Source of the DNA: Syntrophales bacterium
GTDB taxonomy: Bacteria; Desulfobacterota; Syntrophia; Syntrophales; UBA2210
Reading direction: 5' to 3'
Length of the DNA stretch: 64,000 nucleotides
NCBI GenBank assembly: GCA_963666365.2
Contig: CAXXNF010000001.1
Span: 608,001 to 672,000 of the forward strand
Shown: positions 30,797 through 41,767 of the stretch, piece by piece
Layout of the letters: the number at the start of each line of letters is the position of its first letter
Position numbering within the stretch: position 1 is the first letter of the stretch
Translations under genes and position numbers: made by a program
Notes under the pieces: generated by a model
What the model was told of the DNA's origin: nothing
Seen by the model: only the letters and a program-made list of their open reading frames with translations
Databases searched by the model: none

Positions 30797-30817
30797 TTTT
30801 ATGAAAGGAGCGATATT

Positions 30818-32371
30818 TTGCCGAGAGAAGGTATTCTCATAGAAAACCCTTTTGAACGATTGTCGAAAGACGAACTCGACCGCATTCATCGGGCCTCGCT
30901 GGATCTGCTGATGGATCCCGGTCTTGTCTGTTACAATGAGGAAGCCGCGTCCATATTCGCAGACGGCGGCGCAGAGGTATCGCCGATTCTCGACACGTCA
31001 CCCCCCTGCCGAATCGTGAAAATTCCCGAGCGACTGGTGCGAAAAGCCCTCGATCGGGCACCTTCGAAAATCGTACTGGGCGCAAGAAAGCCGGAACAGG
31101 CACTGGTCATGGACGGATACGAACCCCGGGTGCATTTTGTGACCGGCTCTGAGACAAACATATGGCTTGATGTCGAATTCCATGATTATGTAAAAAAATC
31201 AGACCCTTCAAAAGAAATAAGGGTGCCCGAATTTCTTTTCCGCCGTGGAACTGTCGAAGATCTCTGCAACTCCGCCCGCGTATCGGAACATCTGGACACG
31301 CTGGACGGCTTTATCCGCAACGTCAATATTCAGGATGTCGACATCACCGAAGAAAACAAAGACGTCAACAAAGTATTCGCCTCACTCAACAATACGACAA
31401 AACATGTCATGGTGGGCCTCACCAATATTCACCAGTTGGACAATGTGGTCAACATGGCCGCCCGTATTGCAGGCGGCAAAGATGCATTGGAAGCCAACCC
31501 TTTGATATCCTTCATTACGTGCCTGGTCAAAAGTCCGCTGCAGTTCGTAGACGACACAACTCATTCCTTTATGGAAATATGCAGAAGAGGCCTGCCCGTC
31601 GTCGTCTCATCGTCCCCTCAGGCGGGAACGACTGCGCCCATTAAGGAAGCGGGAATCATCATCCAGATAAATGCAGAGGTGCTTGCCGGCATTGCCCTGG
31701 GCCAGCTGGTCAATCCGGGAACGCCCATCATGTACGGCACCGTGCCCGTGAGAACCAGAATGGACACACTGGCCGACTCCTACGGGGCTGTCGAGACAAG
31801 CCAGTACAATATCGACTGTGTCCAGCTGGCGCGGTATTACGGCATTCCGAACTATTCCACTTCGGGAGTCTGCGATCCGAAGATACCGGGACAGCAATCG
31901 TCCATCGAGCGTCTCTTTTCGAATATACTGGTGGCCTTGAGCGGACCCCAGTATCTGCACTGCGCATACGGCCTCCTGGACTGCAACTCGGTTTTTTGTC
32001 TGTTGCAGGCCGTCCTCGACGACGCCCACTTTCAAATGATCAGATTTTTCCTGCAGCCGCCCCGGATGGGAGAGAGTGAAATGAACGACATGCTGCGCCA
32101 GATCAGGGATGTGGCGGCGACACCCCAGAAACTCTACATTCGCACCATTCGGAAGGTGCTGCGAAGCGGCCTTTTATCGCCAGCCTACCCATTTGAGGGC
32201 GATGCCGACAGTGACGAGGTCTTCGCCCGCGCGCGCGTCCGGATGGAGGAATTGCTGAGGACGCCGGTAGAGCACATTAATGAAGAAATAACAGCACAAA
32301 TTTTCAGGGAGATTCCCGGTCTGCTGCCGCGACTCAACCTGTATGGGAAGAAGGGGGATTACCATGAGTGA
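30818..32371 (+). CDS. Second, divergent MttB-superfamily methyltransferase, non-pyrrolysine
   Basis: LDRIHRASLDLL, KSPL, AGTTAP, NAEVLAGI...QLVNPGTP, ARYYGIP; TTG start with AAGGAG RBS. Confidence 0.85.
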   Translation: MPREGILIENPFERLSKDELDRIHRASLDLLMDPGLVCYNEEAASIFADGGAEVSPILDTSPPCRIVKIPERLVRKALDRAPSKIVLGARKPEQALVMDGYEPRVHFVTGSETNIWLDVEFHDYVKKSDPSKEIRVPEFLFRRGTVEDLCNSARVSEHLDTLDGFIRNVNIQDVDITEENKDVNKVFASLNNTTKHVMVGLTNIHQLDNVVNMAARIAGGKDALEANPLISFITCLVKSPLQFVDDTTHSFMEICRRGLPVVVSSSPQAGTTAPIKEAGIIIQINAEVLAGIALGQLVNPGTPIMYGTVPVRTRMDTLADSYGAVETSQYNIDCVQLARYYGIPNYSTSGVCDPKIPGQQSSIERLFSNILVALSGPQYLHCAYGLLDCNSVFCLLQAVLDDAHFQMIRFFLQPPRMGESEMNDMLRQIRDVAATPQKLYIRTIRKVLRSGLLSPAYPFEGDADSDEVFARARVRMEELLRTPVEHINEEITAQIFREIPGLLPRLNLYGKKGDYHE

Positions 32372-33038
32372 GGACATACTTGCCCTGTTGAAAGAAAATG
32401 TCATTCAGGGAAGAATCACCGAAGAAGACGAGGGGATCGACGAGGAACTTTCCGGTCCTGGAGTGGTTGAGCTGACACAAAGTGCAATCGAACAGAAAAT
32501 TCCTGTTCAGGATATCATTACACAAGGATTGACGGCGGGGATGGAAATAGTAGGAGCGCGGTTCAGTGCAAAAGAATATTTCGTACCGGACATGCTTGCT
32601 TCGGCGGAAGCAGTCAGCGCCGCCATGGACCTCTTAAAGCCGCTCCTTGAAGAGTCGCAGATGGAACCCAAGGGTATCTTTGCCATCGCCACGGTCAAGG
32701 GCGACATCCACGATATCGGCAAAAATATTGTGGCAACCCTCATCAAGGGGGCGGGCTACGAGGTGGTCGATCTGGGCATTGATGTACCCACCGAGAAAAT
32801 TGTCGACTATGTCCGCGAAAATAAACCCGCTTTTCTCGGCCTCTCGGCCCTGCTCACCACCACGATGCTGGTCATGGGTGATGTGATCGAAGCACTGAAA
32901 GCCGCCGGCATACGAGATATGGTTCGGGTGTTTGTGGGAGGCGCCGCCGTCTCGAAGGAATTCGCCGATGATATCGGCGCCGACGCCTATTGTGCCGACG
33001 GCTTCGAGGCAGTGAGAATTCTGGATTCAAGGGGATAG
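32364..33038 (+). CDS. Methyltransferase cognate corrinoid protein (MttC/MtgC-like)
   Basis: Cap domain plus KGDIHDIGKNIV (DxHxxG), LSALLTTT, VGGA. Confidence 0.94.
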   Translation: MSEDILALLKENVIQGRITEEDEGIDEELSGPGVVELTQSAIEQKIPVQDIITQGLTAGMEIVGARFSAKEYFVPDMLASAEAVSAAMDLLKPLLEESQMEPKGIFAIATVKGDIHDIGKNIVATLIKGAGYEVVDLGIDVPTEKIVDYVRENKPAFLGLSALLTTTMLVMGDVIEALKAAGIRDMVRVFVGGAAVSKEFADDIGADAYCADGFEAVRILDSRG

Positions 33039-33081
33039 GGAATATGGGTAACGGGTCACGCAAAAAAGGAGAGTGAAATCT

Positions 33082-34569
33082 ATGTCGGGAATCGCAGGAC
33101 TATATGGAGATGAACCATCAACGGTTGATCGCATGCTCGATACCATTGCTTATCGGGGACCTCAGGGCACATGGAGATTTGATGAAGGACTCGTGCATCT
33201 GGGAATCAGAGAACTGAATGTGGGAGGAATCGGCTCAGAGAACGCGCATTTCACTTCGGACGGAAAAAAAACGGTAGTGATCGACGGCCGGATATATAAC
33301 GCAGGTCTTGAGAATTTGAGCGATGCGGAAGCGATCCTTTCACTCTATGCTCGTTTCGGCGATCGTTTTGCCGAAAAAATTGACGGGGATTTCGCCTGCG
33401 CCCTGAGCGACAATGGTTCACTCATTCTGGCCCGTGATGAAGCAGGCATCAAGCCCCTCTACTACGGCCACGATGAAAAGGGCAATCTATGCTTTGCCTC
33501 CGAGGCGAAGGCATTGGTTGATATCGCATGCGATGTCCGGGAGTTCCCTCCGGGGTATACCTATTCCCGAGAAATAGGATTCCGTCGATCCGTAAACAGT
33601 GCCGTGGAAACACCGGGGTGCGAAACCTACGATCAGGCAAAAGGAGTGCTCAGGGACCTCCTCGAAAAGGCCGTGGAAAAGAGAATGCGCGACAAGGCGG
33701 TAACGGGGGTGCTGCTCAGCGGCGGACTAGACAGCAGTCTCATCGCCGCCATGGCCTGCCGGCATAGGCCGGATATCGACTGCTTCACTGTCAGTATGGA
33801 AGACGGAGTCGACCTTCCCCTCGCCCGTGATGTCACGGCCGCGCTGAAACTTCCCCATCATGTGCATATGTTCGGGAACAGCGATATAGGTGAAATTCTT
33901 CCGGCGGCAATTCACCACCAGGAGATGTATGAGGAAAGCTGCGTTCACGGCGCAATCGCAAATTTCCTGGCAGGACGGTTCATTAAGGGAAAATCAGCCT
34001 GTGTGCTTACAGGGGAAGGGGCAGACGAGTTTTTCGCCGGCTACGACGGGCAGTACAAGGCCGGATCGAATCCGGAAGAAGTTGCCGCTATCTGTGACAG
34101 TCTCATTATTGTGGCGCACAATACGGCACTCCAGCGTCTGGACAGATTGAACGCAGCAAACGGATACGAAAGCCGCACCCCCTTCCTCGACACGGCAGTC
34201 ATGCAATTCGCCCGGAAGATACCGCTGTCCTGGAAGATTCATGGAAAGGAACGCACCGGCAAGTGGATTCTTCGACAGGCCTTTGAGAATGTGCTGCCCG
34301 ATCATGTCATTTATCAGACCAAGCGGTTTTTCGCCCAGGGCTCCGGTGTGGCCTATGTCATGCGGCAGGAGGCGGAAAAGGTCGTTTCACCGGAAGAACT
34401 TGACGCATTCAACAGGGAACCGGGAAATCCGCTGCTCTCATCGGTAGAGGAACTGTATTATTACCGATTTTTCAAAAAAACCTTCCCCCACAACTCCTTC
34501 GATCGTCTCGTGGGACGCTGGGATCCCCTGCGACCGGGCTTTTTTCCACGATGGGAAAAGAGGAATTAG
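33082..34569 (+). CDS. Asparagine synthetase B-like ATP-dependent amide ligase (N-terminal Cys replaced by Ser)
   Basis: MSGIAG start, YRGP, ARD..GIKPLYY, LSGGLDSS, TGEGADEFFAGY, RTPFLD. Confidence 0.88.
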   Translation: MSGIAGLYGDEPSTVDRMLDTIAYRGPQGTWRFDEGLVHLGIRELNVGGIGSENAHFTSDGKKTVVIDGRIYNAGLENLSDAEAILSLYARFGDRFAEKIDGDFACALSDNGSLILARDEAGIKPLYYGHDEKGNLCFASEAKALVDIACDVREFPPGYTYSREIGFRRSVNSAVETPGCETYDQAKGVLRDLLEKAVEKRMRDKAVTGVLLSGGLDSSLIAAMACRHRPDIDCFTVSMEDGVDLPLARDVTAALKLPHHVHMFGNSDIGEILPAAIHHQEMYEESCVHGAIANFLAGRFIKGKSACVLTGEGADEFFAGYDGQYKAGSNPEEVAAICDSLIIVAHNTALQRLDRLNAANGYESRTPFLDTAVMQFARKIPLSWKIHGKERTGKWILRQAFENVLPDHVIYQTKRFFAQGSGVAYVMRQEAEKVVSPEELDAFNREPGNPLLSSVEELYYYRFFKKTFPHNSFDRLVGRWDPLRPGFFPRWEKRN

Positions 34570-34803
34570 GTAATGGATTATAGGTAATGGGGAATTTACT
34601 TTTTCTCGTACCTATAGCCTCTCGCCCATCACACACCGCCAATTTCTTGTTGCAGAATCGAGCAATTGCTGTTTAAATAGTTTTTTTAAGGGACGGCATT
34701 TGACCTTGGACCGTTGTCTGAATCGCATATATACCCGGGTCCTGTCTGAAATCACGTCTTTCCCATAAATTCGCAGTGACTGCGCCACAGTGGAGGAAAA
34801 TCA

Positions 34804-36879
34804 ATGAACCGTAGTGAACGTCTCCCATATGACACCATTAACACCATACGATTTCTCGCGGTCGATGCCATAGAGAAGGCTCAATCAGGACATCCGGGGC
34901 TTCCCATGGGGGGCGCCGCCACGGCATATGCCTTATGGACAGGGCATCTCAGGCACAACCCCGCCGATCCCCAATGGTTTAATCGCGATCGTTTCGTCCT
35001 TTCCGCGGGACACGGTTCAATGCTGCTCTACGCGCTCCTCTACCTTACAGGGTATGACATTACTCTTGACGATATAAAAAATTTCCGGACCTGGAGAAGC
35101 AAGACGCCGGGACACCCGGAATATAAAATCACTCCGGGGGCTGAAGTGACTACGGGACCTCTGGGCCAGGGAGTCGGCAATGCTGTAGGAATGGCTATCG
35201 CAGAGGCATACCTGTCTGCACGATATAATCGGCCGGGCTACCCTGTGGTGGACCATTGCACCTATGTCCTTGCCGGCGACGGCGACCTGATGGAGGGAGT
35301 GACTGCTGAGGCCTGTTCCCTGGCCGGCCACCTCCGCCTGGGCAAGCTTGTAATGCTCTATGACGACAACCACATTTCTTTGGCCGGCGCCACGGGGCTT
35401 TCCTTCACGGAGGATACAGGGAAACGGTTCGAGGCATATGGATGGCACGTGCACTACGTCGGCGACGGCAACGACATAGAGGCCATCGATCGAGCTATCC
35501 TGTCGGCAAAGGAAGAGACGACCCGTCCTTCCCTGATCGCGATTCGCAGCATCATCGGATACGGTTCTCCGAAAAAGCAGGGCTCCTCAAAGGCCCACGG
35601 TTCACCTCTGGGCGCCGAAGAAGCATCGGCTGCAAAAGAGCGCCTCGGCTGGCCCCAGGAACCGAAGTTCCGAGTTCCCGATGACGTGCATGCTTTCACC
35701 CGTGAAGCGCTTGAAAAAGGGGAAAAACTCCAGGCGCAATGGAATTCCCTTTACGAAGAATACCGCACAGACCATGGAGACTGCGCTGCAGAACTCGATA
35801 GAATCATAAAGGGAGAACTTCCTCCCCATTGGGAAAAGGCGTTGCCCTCTTTTACGGAAGCCGGGACGGCCGTCGCCACGAGAAAAGCATCGGAAGAGGT
35901 AATGCAGGCTCTTGGCCCACTGATGCCGGAACTGGTGGGAGGCACGGCGGACCTGAATCCCTCGACCCTTGCCTGGGTCAAGGGGGCCGGGGATTTTCAA
36001 GCTCCCGGAACCCTTCCACCGGAGGGAATCGAGGGATCTGTGGGCGGTCCATGGGGCTATGAGGGAAGAAATATTCACTACGGCGTGCGAGAGCATGCCA
36101 TGGGCGCCATAGCTGCGGGGTGCGCCCTTCATGGCGGCATCATCCCCTATACAGGAACGTTTCTTACCTTCTCCGATTACATGCGACCGTCGATTCGTCT
36201 GGCCGCCCTGATGGGAATAAGGATAGTCTATGTCTTTTCCCACGACAGTATCGGCGTTGGAGAAGACGGCCCAACTCACCAGCCGGTAGAACAGATTATG
36301 AGCCTCAGGTGTGTGCCCAATCTTACCGTCATTCGCCCTGCCGACGCCAATGAAACCGTAGAGGCCTGGAGGCAGGCACTGACTCGAAAAGAGGGTCCCA
36401 CAGCCCTTGTTCTTTCCCGACAGACGCTTCCGCTAATGGATAGAACTCGTTATGCGCCCGCGGAACACCTCTGCCGCGGCGGGTATATACTGTGGGAATC
36501 GTCAAAAGGGACCCTCCCGGAGGCGATTTTCATCGGTACCGGTTCCGAATGTGAGATCGCCCTTGCCGCAGGCGAAAGTCTTGCCGGGGAGGGCGTTGCC
36601 GTCCGCGTCGTCAGCCTTCCCAGCTGGGAGCTTTTTGACGCCCAGCAGGCAGAATACCGGGACGCGGTGCTCCCCCCGTCGGTATCGGTCCGCATAGCCG
36701 TCGAAGCGGGCATTGCCCTGGGATGGGAACACTACGTGGGCAGAGAAGGAAGGATAATCGGAATGGAAAGTTTCGGTGCAAGCGCGCCGGCCGGAATTCT
36801 CTATGACGCCTTCGGGATCACAGTGGAGACGGCTCTCCAGGCCGCCCGCGAGCTTCTTGAAAAGAAAGGCATTGTATGA
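34804..36879 (+). CDS. tkt: Transketolase
   Basis: [41 protein letters not shown]. Confidence 0.97.
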   Translation: MNRSERLPYDTINTIRFLAVDAIEKAQSGHPGLPMGGAATAYALWTGHLRHNPADPQWFNRDRFVLSAGHGSMLLYALLYLTGYDITLDDIKNFRTWRSKTPGHPEYKITPGAEVTTGPLGQGVGNAVGMAIAEAYLSARYNRPGYPVVDHCTYVLAGDGDLMEGVTAEACSLAGHLRLGKLVMLYDDNHISLAGATGLSFTEDTGKRFEAYGWHVHYVGDGNDIEAIDRAILSAKEETTRPSLIAIRSIIGYGSPKKQGSSKAHGSPLGAEEASAAKERLGWPQEPKFRVPDDVHAFTREALEKGEKLQAQWNSLYEEYRTDHGDCAAELDRIIKGELPPHWEKALPSFTEAGTAVATRKASEEVMQALGPLMPELVGGTADLNPSTLAWVKGAGDFQAPGTLPPEGIEGSVGGPWGYEGRNIHYGVREHAMGAIAAGCALHGGIIPYTGTFLTFSDYMRPSIRLAALMGIRIVYVFSHDSIGVGEDGPTHQPVEQIMSLRCVPNLTVIRPADANETVEAWRQALTRKEGPTALVLSRQTLPLMDRTRYAPAEHLCRGGYILWESSKGTLPEAIFIGTGSECEIALAAGESLAGEGVAVRVVSLPSWELFDAQQAEYRDAVLPPSVSVRIAVEAGIALGWEHYVGREGRIIGMESFGASAPAGILYDAFGITVETALQAARELLEKKGIV

Positions 36880-38579
36880 AAACAGCACTGCATATCTCCG
36901 GACTTGATAACTACCGGCAGATTATCAGCGAAACAGCCAGAAGACTGCAGGATGAAAATTTTGTAAGCAGAGTCAAGACCCGCGATCATTCCCTCTGGAA
37001 ACCTGCTCCCGACGAAATTGTTAATCGCCTCGGCTGGCTCGATGCCCCACACCTCATGAAGGATCGAATCGGCCAAATTCAGCAACTTGTCAATGACGCC
37101 CGAGATGAGCGATACACTCATGCAATTCTGCTGGGCATGGGCGGATCGAGTCTGGCTCCGGAAGTACTTAAAAACACGTTCGGATTCAAAGAAAGTTATC
37201 TCGATCTTTCAATCATCGACAGTACCGAACCGGCGGCAATTCTTCATCAAACAAGCAGGCTTAAAGTGGGACGCACGCTTGTGATTGTGTCTACCAAGTC
37301 GGGCTCCACCGTGGAAACGCTCTCCTTATTTAAATTTTTCTATAATGTGATGGGCGATGCCATCGGGCCGACAACAGTGGGTAGTCATTTTGTGGCCGTT
37401 ACCGATCCCGGATCGGGTCTGGCAGAACTGGCGAAACGATATAATTTCAGGGAAATTTTTTTTAACCCACCGGACATCGGGGGACGATACTCGGCACTTA
37501 CCTTTTTTGGCCTGGTCCCGGCGGCACTTACCGGCATCAATGTATCGTACCTCTTGATTCGCGCAGCTTCGGCTGCCCAAAGCTTCGAAGAAGCGGGCCC
37601 ATTGTCGAACGAAAAAAATCCCGGCGCTTTTCTGGGTATGCTTATGGGCGCTATGGCCCTGGTCGGCCGGGACAAGCTGACCTTTCTCATATCCCCTCAG
37701 GTAAAAAGTTTCGGCCCATGGCTGGAGCAGCTTATTGCAGAGAGTCTCGGGAAAGAAGGTACGGGCATTGTACCGATCGTCGATGAACCGCCCGCATCGC
37801 CTGTAAAATACGATGACGACCGCCTCTTCGTGTATCTCCGCCTCAAATGGGATTCCACCCTCGAAAAAACAGTTCAGGCGCTCAGGAAGGCGGGACATCC
37901 CATCATAACTGTGGAGATTGAGGACCTGTACGAACTGGGCTCACAGTTTTTCCTCTGGGAGGCGGCAACGGCCGTTGCCGGACATATTCTGGCCGTCAAT
38001 CCCTTCGACCAGCCTGATGTGGAAGCCACAAAGGCGATGACGAAGGTGATAATCGCTGAATATGGGGAAAGGGGGGCGCTCCCCGAAGAAAAATCTTCAC
38101 ATGCGGACCATCACATTACCCTCTACGGCGCCGTTGAGGCGGACGCTCCCCTCCAGGCCTTCACGAAATTTCTGGACAGGGCGGAACGGGGCGACTATAT
38201 AGCCCTTCAGGCTTATTTACAACCGAAGGACGATACCGACGCGGCGCTTGCCCTCCTGCGGAAGGCAATTCTGAACCGGTACAGGAGGGCCACCACGGTC
38301 GGCTACGGCCCTCGTTTCCTTCATTCAACGGGTCAGCTTCATAAAGGCGATGCAGGCAAAGGACTCTTCATCCAGATTACCTGCGATACAGTGCAGGACG
38401 TCCCCATCCCCGACGAGGCAGGGGAAATGCCTTCTACCCTCTCTTTCGGCATATTAACGTCGGCGGAGGCTCGGGGAGACAGAATGGCGCTCCTCAAAGC
38501 GGGGCGAAGGGTGCTGAGGGTTCATTTGGGGAAAGACGTTATGGGAGGGCTGAAATATCTGGCGGACGCCATAGCATGA
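36876..38579 (+). CDS. pgi: Glucose-6-phosphate isomerase (type resembling the Pgi half of Tal-Pgi fusions)
   Basis: [55 protein letters not shown]. Confidence 0.85.
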   Translation: MKTALHISGLDNYRQIISETARRLQDENFVSRVKTRDHSLWKPAPDEIVNRLGWLDAPHLMKDRIGQIQQLVNDARDERYTHAILLGMGGSSLAPEVLKNTFGFKESYLDLSIIDSTEPAAILHQTSRLKVGRTLVIVSTKSGSTVETLSLFKFFYNVMGDAIGPTTVGSHFVAVTDPGSGLAELAKRYNFREIFFNPPDIGGRYSALTFFGLVPAALTGINVSYLLIRAASAAQSFEEAGPLSNEKNPGAFLGMLMGAMALVGRDKLTFLISPQVKSFGPWLEQLIAESLGKEGTGIVPIVDEPPASPVKYDDDRLFVYLRLKWDSTLEKTVQALRKAGHPIITVEIEDLYELGSQFFLWEAATAVAGHILAVNPFDQPDVEATKAMTKVIIAEYGERGALPEEKSSHADHHITLYGAVEADAPLQAFTKFLDRAERGDYIALQAYLQPKDDTDAALALLRKAILNRYRRATTVGYGPRFLHSTGQLHKGDAGKGLFIQITCDTVQDVPIPDEAGEMPSTLSFGILTSAEARGDRMALLKAGRRVLRVHLGKDVMGGLKYLADAIA

Positions 38580-39196
38580 TGGAAGGGGCAACGATTTTTG
38601 ACAGAATTGTCATAGCTGTTCCTCGGGAAAAGATTTACCGTCGCCTGGGATATCGTCGCGGCATTACGGCATTGTCTGCAATGGAGCGCGCATCGGTCGA
38701 CGAGGCAATTGAGGATGCCTGCAGCCGGCTTCATCTCAGGGGAGCGGGAAAACGCCTTTCAATCAAAGCACAAACCCCCGAGCAAATTATCCTCTCTGAA
38801 GGAACGGCATTTCGCAGTACCGCACTGTCACGATTTATTGATGGCTGCCGGGAGATCATTCTGCTTGGCGCCACGGGGGGCACACAGATCATCGATGCGA
38901 TTCACGATGAAACCACACGGGACAATCTGAGTCGCGCCGTTGTGTATGATGCCACGGCAAGTGAGATGGTCGACGGCGCCCTTGAATGGATCATGCGCTA
39001 CTACAGGGGAATCCTGAGGCGGGAGGGCAGAGGACTTTTGAAGCGGCGCTTTTCTGCGGGGTACGGCGACTTCGCCCTGGAACATCAGAAAATAATATAC
39101 GATCTTTTGGGGTTTGACCGTATCGGAGTGAGCATCAGCAACAAGTCGATTCTCATACCTGAAAAATCGGTTACGGCGGTCACGGGAATAACATAA
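38576..39196 (+). CDS. Stand-alone methionine synthase activation domain
   Basis: LGATGG, DATASE, RFSAGYGDF, LIPEKSVTA; immediately upstream of the truncated metH. Confidence 0.85.
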   Translation: MMEGATIFDRIVIAVPREKIYRRLGYRRGITALSAMERASVDEAIEDACSRLHLRGAGKRLSIKAQTPEQIILSEGTAFRSTALSRFIDGCREIILLGATGGTQIIDAIHDETTRDNLSRAVVYDATASEMVDGALEWIMRYYRGILRREGRGLLKRRFSAGYGDFALEHQKIIYDLLGFDRIGVSISNKSILIPEKSVTAVTGIT

Positions 39197-39219
39197 TTTT
39201 GGGACAAGGAGTATACACT

Positions 39220-41640
39220 TTGGCACAGAAGACCGGCATTCACAACATCCTAAGAAGGCGCATCGTTATTCTCGACGGTGCAACGGGCACGGAGCTTCAA
39301 AAAAGGGGGATGCCTGCCGGGGCATGTCCGGAACTATGGTGCATCGATCATCCGGAAGCGATATGTGCAATCCATAAAGACTATCGAAGGGCCGGCGCAG
39401 ACATTGTCTACAGCTGCACTTTCGGTGCAAACCGAATCAAGCTTGCACAATACGGCACCTCCGATGTGAAGGGAATCAACAGAGCGCTCGCTCTTTATGC
39501 ACGAAAAGCCCTCGGGAAGAAGGGATTTGTGGCAGGCGACATAGGTCCCACCGGGCGTTTTGTGGAACCCTTCGGCGATCTCGCCTTCGAAGAAGCGGTG
39601 GCTGTTTTCAAGGAGCAGATCACAGGCCTTCTCGAAGGCGGCGTTGACATGCTCGTCATCGAAACGATGATAGATATTCAGGAGGCACGCGCCGCGCTTA
39701 TCGCAGCACGTGAACTCAGCGATTGTTTTGTGATGACCACTATGACCTTTGAAGAAAACGGCCGAACCCTGAACGGAACCGATCCGATATCGGCCCTCGC
39801 TACCCTGCAGAGTCTCGGCGCCGATGCCGTAGGATGCAATTGTTCCACAGGCCCGGCCGAGATGAGAGCACTTATTGCCGCAATGAAGCCCTTTGCCACA
39901 GTTCCACTGGTGGCAAAACCGAACGCCGGCATGCCTGAATTACAAGCAAACGAAACGATATTCACTATGACTCCGGAGGAATTCGGCAACTACGGGAAGG
40001 AATTCGCCGCCCTCGGCGTGGACTTGATGGGAGGCTGCTGCGGCACCACACCGGATCACATCCGCACTCTCAAAGAATCGCTTGCCGGAGAAAGGGGGAT
40101 TCCACCCCGTCTCAATGCCCTCGGCGCCGTCAGCTCTTGCAGGCGCACGGTCTTGATCGACAGGGAAGGAACGCTCAAGATCATAGGCGAGCAAATCAAT
40201 CCCACGGGCAAAAAAGATCTCCAGGAAGCATTGCGCAACAAACAAACCGGGCCTGTCGGCGCCATGGGCAGGCAGCAGGAAAAGAAAGGGGCCGATCTCC
40301 TCGATGTCAATGTGGGCGCACCCGACGTCGATCAGCGGGCAATGATGAGGGAGGCGGTTAAAACGCTTTCCCTCACAACAACGGCGCCCCTTGTGATCGA
40401 CTCCGCCGATCCCGACGCCATCGAAGCGGGACTTCGGATCTATCCGGGCAGGGCCCTCATCAATTCGATTTCCGGTGAAACGGCGAAGCTGGAAAAGTTG
40501 CTCCCCCTGGCGGCCCGCTACGGCGCCATGTTCATACTGCTTCCACTTACGGAAAAAGGTGTACCGGAAACGGCAGATGCCAGAAAAGCGGTCATACAGG
40601 AGGTGTACAGAAAGGCGCAGGCCTTTGGATTTCGCAAACCGGATATTGTGGTTGACGGACTTGTAATGACGGTTTCGGCGGACCCGCAGGCACCGCGCGA
40701 GACATTGAAAACAATCGAGTGGGCGCACCGTTCTTTCCGGTGCGCCACGCTATTGGGACTTTCCAATGTCTCCTTCGGGATGCCCGCCCGTCCCTGGCTC
40801 AACGCCGCCTTTCTCGGAATGGCAGCCTCACGGGGACTGACCATGGCAATTGCCAACCCTGAAGTGGAAGAAATCATGCATGTTAAGGCGGCCTGCGATC
40901 TTCTGAACGACAAAGATCGTGATGGAGCGAGCTATCTGGCGCATTTTTCTACCGGCACCCCGGGAAAAAAGACCGGTCCGGAAAATAACGCTCCCCTGAC
41001 TCCGGGTGAGAAAATCGTCCATGCCGTCATCGAGGGAAATCGTGACGAAATCGAAAGCGCCCTGGCAGCAGCGCTCAAGACGGGCGAGGCCCCGCAGGAT
41101 CTGGTCAATACCTACATGATCCGTGCAATCACGGAGGTAGGAAACCGTTATGACCGGAAAGAGTATTTCCTTCCCCAGTTGATTGCAGGGGCAGAGACGA
41201 TGAAACGGGGCATAACCTATCTGGAACCGCTTCTCAGAGAAAACCGGCAGGAATCAGCACAGAGAGGGACGATCATTATGGCCACGGTCGAAGGCGATAT
41301 TCATGATATCGGGAAAAATATCGTGGTCCTCCTGCTGAAAAACCAGGGATACGACATCATAGATCTGGGAAAAGATGCACCCGCCGAGCTAATCATCGAA
41401 GAAGCAAAGCGATCGAAGGCAGCGCTCGTCGGACTTTCCGCTCTCATGACCACCACGATGGTGACGATGGAAACAACCATCGTCCTGGCGCGTCAACAAA
41501 AGCTTGCCTGCGACTTCATGGTGGGCGGCGCCGTCGTCACCCCGTCCTACGCCTCTTCCATAGGCGCTCACTATGCGAAAGACGGCGTTGATGCCGTACG
41601 TCTCGCGGAACGCCTCATCGCAAAGAGGCTTTCGAAATAA
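39220..41640 (+). CDS. metH: Cobalamin-dependent methionine synthase core (Hcy-, pterin- and B12-binding domains; no reactivation domain)
   Basis: LDGATGT, GCNC, GGCCGT, IGEQINPTG, GLSNVSFG, EGDIHDIGKN; TTG start after AAGGAG. Confidence 0.93.
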   Translation: MAQKTGIHNILRRRIVILDGATGTELQKRGMPAGACPELWCIDHPEAICAIHKDYRRAGADIVYSCTFGANRIKLAQYGTSDVKGINRALALYARKALGKKGFVAGDIGPTGRFVEPFGDLAFEEAVAVFKEQITGLLEGGVDMLVIETMIDIQEARAALIAARELSDCFVMTTMTFEENGRTLNGTDPISALATLQSLGADAVGCNCSTGPAEMRALIAAMKPFATVPLVAKPNAGMPELQANETIFTMTPEEFGNYGKEFAALGVDLMGGCCGTTPDHIRTLKESLAGERGIPPRLNALGAVSSCRRTVLIDREGTLKIIGEQINPTGKKDLQEALRNKQTGPVGAMGRQQEKKGADLLDVNVGAPDVDQRAMMREAVKTLSLTTTAPLVIDSADPDAIEAGLRIYPGRALINSISGETAKLEKLLPLAARYGAMFILLPLTEKGVPETADARKAVIQEVYRKAQAFGFRKPDIVVDGLVMTVSADPQAPRETLKTIEWAHRSFRCATLLGLSNVSFGMPARPWLNAAFLGMAASRGLTMAIANPEVEEIMHVKAACDLLNDKDRDGASYLAHFSTGTPGKKTGPENNAPLTPGEKIVHAVIEGNRDEIESALAAALKTGEAPQDLVNTYMIRAITEVGNRYDRKEYFLPQLIAGAETMKRGITYLEPLLRENRQESAQRGTIIMATVEGDIHDIGKNIVVLLLKNQGYDIIDLGKDAPAELIIEEAKRSKAALVGLSALMTTTMVTMETTIVLARQQKLACDFMVGGAVVTPSYASSIGAHYAKDGVDAVRLAERLIAKRLSK

Positions 41641-41736
41641 AGGCATCTCTCCCGCAGAGTCCACTGAGAAAACCTCTACTATTTTTTATTCTTCTCTTAC
41701 CCTCTGCTTTACTGCGCGCGGCTTCCTCACGGGTGC

Positions 41737-41766
41737 AAAAAAGGGCGCCCTTCGGCGCCCTTTTTT
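41737..41766. terminator. Bidirectional intrinsic terminator
   Basis: AAAAAAGGGCGCC-CTTC-GGCGCCCTTTTTT between convergent genes. Confidence 0.85.
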
Positions 41767-41767
41767 G

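Noticed and set aside
28433..32371. Pyrrolysine (TAG) read-through in the MttB genes
   Set aside because: Both ORFs are uninterrupted, with Met and Val at the equivalent position, and no pyl genes are seen.
34567..34632. Short TAGGTAATGG direct repeats after the AsnB-like gene as mobile-element ends
   Set aside because: Too short and degenerate, with no transposase or target-site duplication.
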